From NCBI GenBank assembly GCA_038851565.1, contig JAWCKV010000015.1:1-20210 (forward strand): a stretch of 20,210 nt of DNA. The letters are read 5' to 3'. This DNA comes from Candidatus Hadarchaeales archaeon. Lineage in GTDB: Archaea > Hadarchaeota > Hadarchaeia > Hadarchaeales > Hadarchaeaceae. Position numbers and translations under genes: made by a program. This document shows, one piece after another, positions 15,869-20,210 of the stretch. The notes beneath the pieces were generated by a model. That model saw only the letters and a program-made list of their open reading frames with translations, did not search any database and was not told where the DNA came from. Position 1 is the stretch's first letter; every line of letters starts with the position of its first letter.

Positions 15869-16855
15869 TCACTTCTCTATTCCTGCCCACCTGCGCAGCT
15901 CCCTTCCAACCCTCTCTATCAGATGTGCTTTTCCCTCATCGCGCATTCTCTTCAGGTTGGGTAGACCTCCGCTGGCCTCGGCTACCCACTCACGCGCAAA
16001 GTCTCCGCTCTGTATGTCCCTCAGTATGCCCTTCATGACCTCCCTGACCCTGCTGTCCACTATCCTGGGTCCGCGCGTCCTCCCGCCGTACTCCGCTGTG
16101 TTGCTGACAGCCGCCCACATTCCCTCAATCCCGTGTTCGTAGATCAGGTCGACTATTAGCTTCAGCTCGTTCAGGCACTCGAAGTAAGCAACCTCTGGCT
16201 GGTATCCCGCCTGCACCAGCGTCTCAAATCCAGCCTTTATCAGCTCCGAGACCCCGCCGCACAGGACCACCTGCTCCCCGAAGAGATCCGTCTCCACCTC
16301 TTCCCTGAACGTCGTTTCAACGACCCCTATCCTCGTCAGGCCGACCCCTTTGGCCATCGCAAGGGCGATCTCCTTCGCGTGCCCGCTGGCGTCCTGGTGA
16401 ACCGCGAGTATCCCCGGAGTTCCAGAGCCCTGCTGATACATCCTCCTCAGCAGAGCACCCGGCGCCTTCGGGGCGATCATTATCACGTCCACGTCCGGTG
16501 GAGGAACTATCTGCCTGAAGTGGATGTTGAACCCATGGCTGAAGCAGAGCACCTTGCCGCGCTTCATGTGCTGACTGATGTCGCTCCCGTACACCTTTGC
16601 CTGGTACTCGTCAGGAATGAGCATGTGAACGATATCGCCAATTCTTGCGGCCTCGGATATCCCGTAAACCTCAAATCCATCCGCAACTGCCTTCTCGTAG
16701 CTCGGGTCCCTTATGCTGCCTATGATGACCCTGCAGCCGGAGTCCCTGAGGTTGTTCGCCTGCGCGTGGCCCTGATTCCCGTACCCTATTATCGCGATCG
16801 TCCTGTCCCTCAGAATTCCGAGGTCAGCATCCTTCTCGTAATATATCCTCGCCAT
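15869..16855 (-). CDS. ilvC: Ketol-acid reductoisomerase
   Basis: '[19 protein letters not shown]', 'HGFNIH', 'APKAPG', '[14 protein letters not shown]', '[15 protein letters not shown]', 'SNTAEYG'. Confidence 0.97.
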   Translation of the reverse strand: MARIYYEKDADLGILRDRTIAIIGYGNQGHAQANNLRDSGCRVIIGSIRDPSYEKAVADGFEVYGISEAARIGDIVHMLIPDEYQAKVYGSDISQHMKRGKVLCFSHGFNIHFRQIVPPPDVDVIMIAPKAPGALLRRMYQQGSGTPGILAVHQDASGHAKEIALAMAKGVGLTRIGVVETTFREEVETDLFGEQVVLCGGVSELIKAGFETLVQAGYQPEVAYFECLNELKLIVDLIYEHGIEGMWAAVSNTAEYGGRTRGPRIVDSRVREVMKGILRDIQSGDFAREWVAEASGGLPNLKRMRDEGKAHLIERVGRELRRWAGIEK

Positions 16856-16871
16856 CCTCCTCCCTTCACCT

Positions 16872-17354
16872 TCACTCCTTTGATATAAGAACCTGACCCG
16901 AGCGCGCGACCTCCTTCAGAACATCCGGACCGAGCCTGCTCACGAGTGCCTCTATCTCCGAGTGCCCTCCGCTGAGCTCTGCTATCACCACGCCCTCCTT
17001 CGACTCAAGCACCTTCCCGCCCGCCTTCTCAATCTCCAGGATGACGTTCCAGAGCTTATCATTTGCCAGGGGCTTCGTCTTCAGAAGGGCGACCTCCCTT
17101 ACCACGCTCTTTGATGGGTCGATGACCTCCACGTCTACAACCGGCTCCGCCCTCAGCAAAACCCTCCGCATGAACTCTGCCATCCTGTCATCCGCGTTGA
17201 AGATCAGAATCATCCTCGCCAGGCCGGTAGGCTCTATCCCGACCGTGACCGAGTCAAGGTTTATCTGTCTTCTCGTGAACTCCCTTGAGACCCTCATCAT
17301 CACCCCAGGAACGTTCTGGCAGAGAACAGAGAATATCCTCGTCTTCATGTTCAT
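16872..17354 (-). CDS. ilvH: Acetolactate synthase small (regulatory, ACT) subunit, divergent
   Basis: '[26 protein letters not shown]', 'REVALLK', 'EVARSG'; lies between ilvB and ilvC. Confidence 0.88.
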   Translation of the reverse strand: MNMKTRIFSVLCQNVPGVMMRVSREFTRRQINLDSVTVGIEPTGLARMILIFNADDRMAEFMRRVLLRAEPVVDVEVIDPSKSVVREVALLKTKPLANDKLWNVILEIEKAGGKVLESKEGVVIAELSGGHSEIEALVSRLGPDVLKEVARSGQVLISKE

Positions 17355-17357
17355 CGC

Positions 17358-19040
17358 CTATGTGAGAATCGGTTCATCCAACCTCCCTCCAGCCGGGACC
17401 ATCGGGAGGACGTGCTCATCCGGATCTATGACTATGTCGAGTATTGCCGGCTTTCCGGAGCGCAGGGCCTCCTTCAGCTTCAGCCCTATCTCGCCGGGCC
17501 TTGTCGCCTTGTCCCCCCATCCCCCATACGCCTCTGCGAGCTTTACGAAATCCGGAGAGCCCCTAAGGTCTACCGCGGACCTCCGCTTCTGGTAGAACAG
17601 GTCCTGCCACTGCTTGACCATCCCCAGATATCCATTGTTGAATATGCAGGACACCACGTTTATCCCGTTGATCACAGCGGTGGCCATTTCCTGGGAGTTC
17701 ATGAGAAAGCTCCCATCCCCGGCTATGTTGACCACATCGCACTCTGGCCTTGCAACCTTAGCGCCTATCGCCGCCGGAAATCCGAAGCCCATCGTCCCAA
17801 GCCCTCCGGATGATATGAAGTGCCTCGGCTTCATGACCTGATAGAAGTGCGCCGCCCACATCTGGCACTGCCCCACCTCTGTGACCAATATTCCGTCCGC
17901 TCCCACAACCTCCATTATCTCCTTTATCGCGCGCTGGGGCTTTATCGGCACGTCGTCATAATCCATCCTCGGCGAAAGGTCCTTCTTCAGCTTCTCCACC
18001 CTCTTCAGCCACTCGCTTGTCCTGCCCCTCTGAACCTGAAGTCGCAGACCTGCAAGGACTGCTCTCAGGAAGGACCTGGCGTCAGCGGTCACCGGGAGGT
18101 CCACCCTGACGTTTTTTCCTATTTCCACGGGGTCTATGTCAACGTGTATTATCCTTGCCTTGGGTGCGAAGTGCCTGACATCGCCAGTGGCGCGGTCGCT
18201 AAACCTCACCCCGATCCCCACCAGCAGATCGCACTCTGTCACCGCGAGGTTGGCAGCCATCCTGCCGTGCATGCCCAGCATGCCCATAGAGAGCGGGTGG
18301 TTCTCGGGCATCACCCCCTTGCCCATCAGAGATGTCACGACCGGAGCGCCCAGAAGCTCGGCCAGCTGGACAAGCTCAGCTGATGCGCCAGACCATATCA
18401 CTCCTCCCCCCGCGTATATCACGGGCTGCTCCGCGCTGACCATCATCCTCACCGCGCACCTCACCTCTTCAGGATCCGGCTCGAGCCTGGGCATCTTGTC
18501 ATAGCTCACCTCGGCCGGAATTTTCAGGTTCGCCTTGCTGACCTGCACATCCTTAGGCAGGTCTATGTGGACCGGGCCGGGCCTGCCTGACATCGCAGTC
18601 CTGAAAGCGAGCCTTACTGTGGCAGGGAGTTCCTCCACGGTGTGCACGATGAAGTTGTGCTTGGTTATGGGAAGCATGACGCTCAGCATGTCCGCCTCCT
18701 GAAAGGCGTCCGTGCCCAAGGTCTTTGTAGGCACCTGCCCCGAGATCGCAACGACCGGGGAGCTGTCCATGTACGCGTTCAGTATTCCGGTCGTGAGGTT
18801 TGTCGCACCAGGACCTGATGTGGTCATGCAAACGCCCGGCCTGCCAAGGGCTCTGGCGTACCCGTCCGCTGCGTGGGCGGCGGCCTGCTCGTGCCTGGTG
18901 AGGATGTGCCTCATCTCGCGCTCATCGTAAAGCGCATCGTAAACCGGGATTATCGCGCCGCCCGGTATTCCGAATATGTGACGGACCCCCTCCGCCCTGA
19001 GGGCCTCGAATAGCGCCCTTGAGCCGGTCATCTCAGCCAT
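17358..19040 (-). CDS. ilvB: Acetolactate synthase large subunit
   Basis: 'FGIPGGA', 'RHEQAAAHAADGYAR', 'TSGPGATN', 'DAFQEAD', 'GMLGMHG', 'SGGLGTMGFG', ThDP motif 'GDGSFLMN...NN'; likely start ATG 19040. Confidence 0.97.
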   Translation of the reverse strand: MAEMTGSRALFEALRAEGVRHIFGIPGGAIIPVYDALYDEREMRHILTRHEQAAAHAADGYARALGRPGVCMTTSGPGATNLTTGILNAYMDSSPVVAISGQVPTKTLGTDAFQEADMLSVMLPITKHNFIVHTVEELPATVRLAFRTAMSGRPGPVHIDLPKDVQVSKANLKIPAEVSYDKMPRLEPDPEEVRCAVRMMVSAEQPVIYAGGGVIWSGASAELVQLAELLGAPVVTSLMGKGVMPENHPLSMGMLGMHGRMAANLAVTECDLLVGIGVRFSDRATGDVRHFAPKARIIHVDIDPVEIGKNVRVDLPVTADARSFLRAVLAGLRLQVQRGRTSEWLKRVEKLKKDLSPRMDYDDVPIKPQRAIKEIMEVVGADGILVTEVGQCQMWAAHFYQVMKPRHFISSGGLGTMGFGFPAAIGAKVARPECDVVNIAGDGSFLMNSQEMATAVINGINVVSCIFNNGYLGMVKQWQDLFYQKRRSAVDLRGSPDFVKLAEAYGGWGDKATRPGEIGLKLKEALRSGKPAILDIVIDPDEHVLPMVPAGGRLDEPILT

Positions 19041-19090
19041 TTTTTCACGCAATAAAAGTATGAATTCCGCCCTTTAAAAACACCATTCGG

Positions 19091-19840
19091 TTAGAGCCTA
19101 ACAAGAAATGTGTACCTGTATCTCCTCCTGCCATCCTTGGTTTGTCCCACCAGTTTCACGCTCTCCTTGACCTCCGCGCCGAACTTCGACTTCATCCGAA
19201 GAGCGACCTGCCTCGCGACACCAGCCGGATGAACATAAAAGTCCAGTCCCTCCCTCAGCTCTATGACCCTTGAAACGAGGGCCAAAGGCTCGGCTCCCCT
19301 CACGCTCTCTCCCACCATTTCCTTCACCTCCGAGATCCTCTTCGGATCCAGCTCCCCTCTGACCTGCAGAATCGCCTCGAACCTGCCGCTCCTCCTCAGC
19401 CTGCACGCGTCGCACTTGCCCCTCTTGACCTTGACGCCAATCGCCACCTCCTCTGCCACCTCCGGCTGCAACTCGTGTACCCTCCCATGCGCTGTTATCC
19501 TGACCTGCTTCCTCTCCGGAATGGCTTTTGCCTCAACCCTCACGCTGGAGGCCTGTTCCAAGGGCACCCTGGTGACCCCGCTTGGACCGGTCACCGCAAT
19601 CCTGAGCGCCGAAAGAGCAGCGTCAACCATCGCGCTTTCCACCGGATCTCTCCCGGAAGGGCGCTTCCAGGCCTTCCCGACTAGGTGGGAACCGCAGCTC
19701 TCGCACAGCAGCACCTCCGTCTCACCCGGTGCCTGAACGAGCGCGTTCTCTGCGGAATAGCATATGCTGCAAAGCCCATCTATGAGCGGCCCGGACTCCT
19801 CCCCCGCCCCGCACCTGTAACAGAACCTCTTCCTGACCAT
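19091..19840 (-). CDS. nmd3: Archaeal NMD3-family ribosome biogenesis protein
   Basis: Cys pairs 'FCYRCG...GLCSIC...CESCG...CDAC', 'FEAILQVRG', 'GLDFY', 'KLVGQTKDGRRRYRYTFLVRL'. Confidence 0.85.
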   Translation of the reverse strand: MVRKRFCYRCGAGEESGPLIDGLCSICYSAENALVQAPGETEVLLCESCGSHLVGKAWKRPSGRDPVESAMVDAALSALRIAVTGPSGVTRVPLEQASSVRVEAKAIPERKQVRITAHGRVHELQPEVAEEVAIGVKVKRGKCDACRLRRSGRFEAILQVRGELDPKRISEVKEMVGESVRGAEPLALVSRVIELREGLDFYVHPAGVARQVALRMKSKFGAEVKESVKLVGQTKDGRRRYRYTFLVRL

Positions 19841-19927
19841 CGCTCATAAATCTGAGCACGCCGGCTTATAACCGGAGATGGGCAGCAGATAAATAACATC
19901 AGATGACAAAGTCCAGAGGGTGTGAAG

Positions 19928-20210
19928 TTGAGGATACTGCTGGTTCACTCGGACTTCCTCGAGTTTGAGGTGAAGGAGAAGACACCGGTCGCAGAAGAGA
20001 TCCCGGAGGACCGCAGGAAAGGCAGGCTTGAGGAAGTGCTTGTGGTATTCGCCGCAGTCGAGGAGGAGGACGGAGGCGACGTCAGGGCGGTTGCGGAGAA
20101 CGCAGCGGGAGAGATTTCCAGGGTCGCCTCCGAGGTGAGGGCGGAGAGGATCGCCATATATCCCTACGCCCACCTGAGTCCCTCCCTCGCGCCTCCCAGG
20201 GTAGCCGTGG
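19928..20210 (+). CDS. thrS: Threonine--tRNA ligase, archaeal N-terminal editing domain (3' truncated by window)
   Basis: Manual translation from TTG 19928 (in-frame GTG at 19922): (M)RILLVHSDFLEFEVKEKTPVAEE...VLVVFAAVEEED...IAIYPYAHLSPSLAPP; absent from the ORF track because there is no stop codon in the window. Confidence 0.9.
   Translation, partial: MRILLVHSDFLEFEVKEKTPVAEEIPEDRRKGRLEEVLVVFAAVEEEDGGDVRAVAENAAGEISRVASEVRAERIAIYPYAHLSPSLAPPRVAV

Noticed and set aside
19844..20173. Minus-strand ORFs 19844-20173 and 19945-20157
   Set aside because: They are antisense to the thrS N-terminus, which is clearly encoded on the plus strand.
1..20210. CRISPR array, rRNA gene or integrase
   Set aside because: No regularly spaced repeats, rRNA-like segments or tyrosine/serine recombinase motifs were seen by eye.

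Overview
Archaeal genomic window with a compact gene layout. Markers are Alba, archaeal-type AspRS and ThrRS, Trm1, NMD3, a geranylgeranyl reductase family protein and BHB-type tRNA introns; the lineage cannot be fixed from the sequence alone. Most of the window is housekeeping: lipid reductase (partial), YdjM-like hydrolase, aspS, albA, NTPase-trm1, queE-queD-DUF123-rlmE, proC, tsaC, ilvB-ilvH-ilvC and ilvD, nmd3 and thrS (partial, missed by the ORF track). Four CCA-encoding tRNA genes lie on the minus strand: Thr-GGT, Leu-TAA (15-nt intron), Glu-CTC (two introns) and Arg-CCT (unusual G32). Two accessory regions stand out. (1) About 9.85-11.84 kb, downstream of tRNA-Glu: a ~1-kb module bounded by the tRNA 3' end and a degenerate direct copy of it carries a MenA1/MenT1-like antitoxin/nucleotidyltransferase pair, with the NTase fused to an IS1 InsA-like zinc ribbon. 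Beyond it lie a frameshifted DUF1697-like gene, DUF167 and an unannotated 34-aa basic ORF. (2) A secreted multidomain PKD-GH16-Ig-CBM beta-glucanase sits on the opposite strand between ilvC and ilvD.
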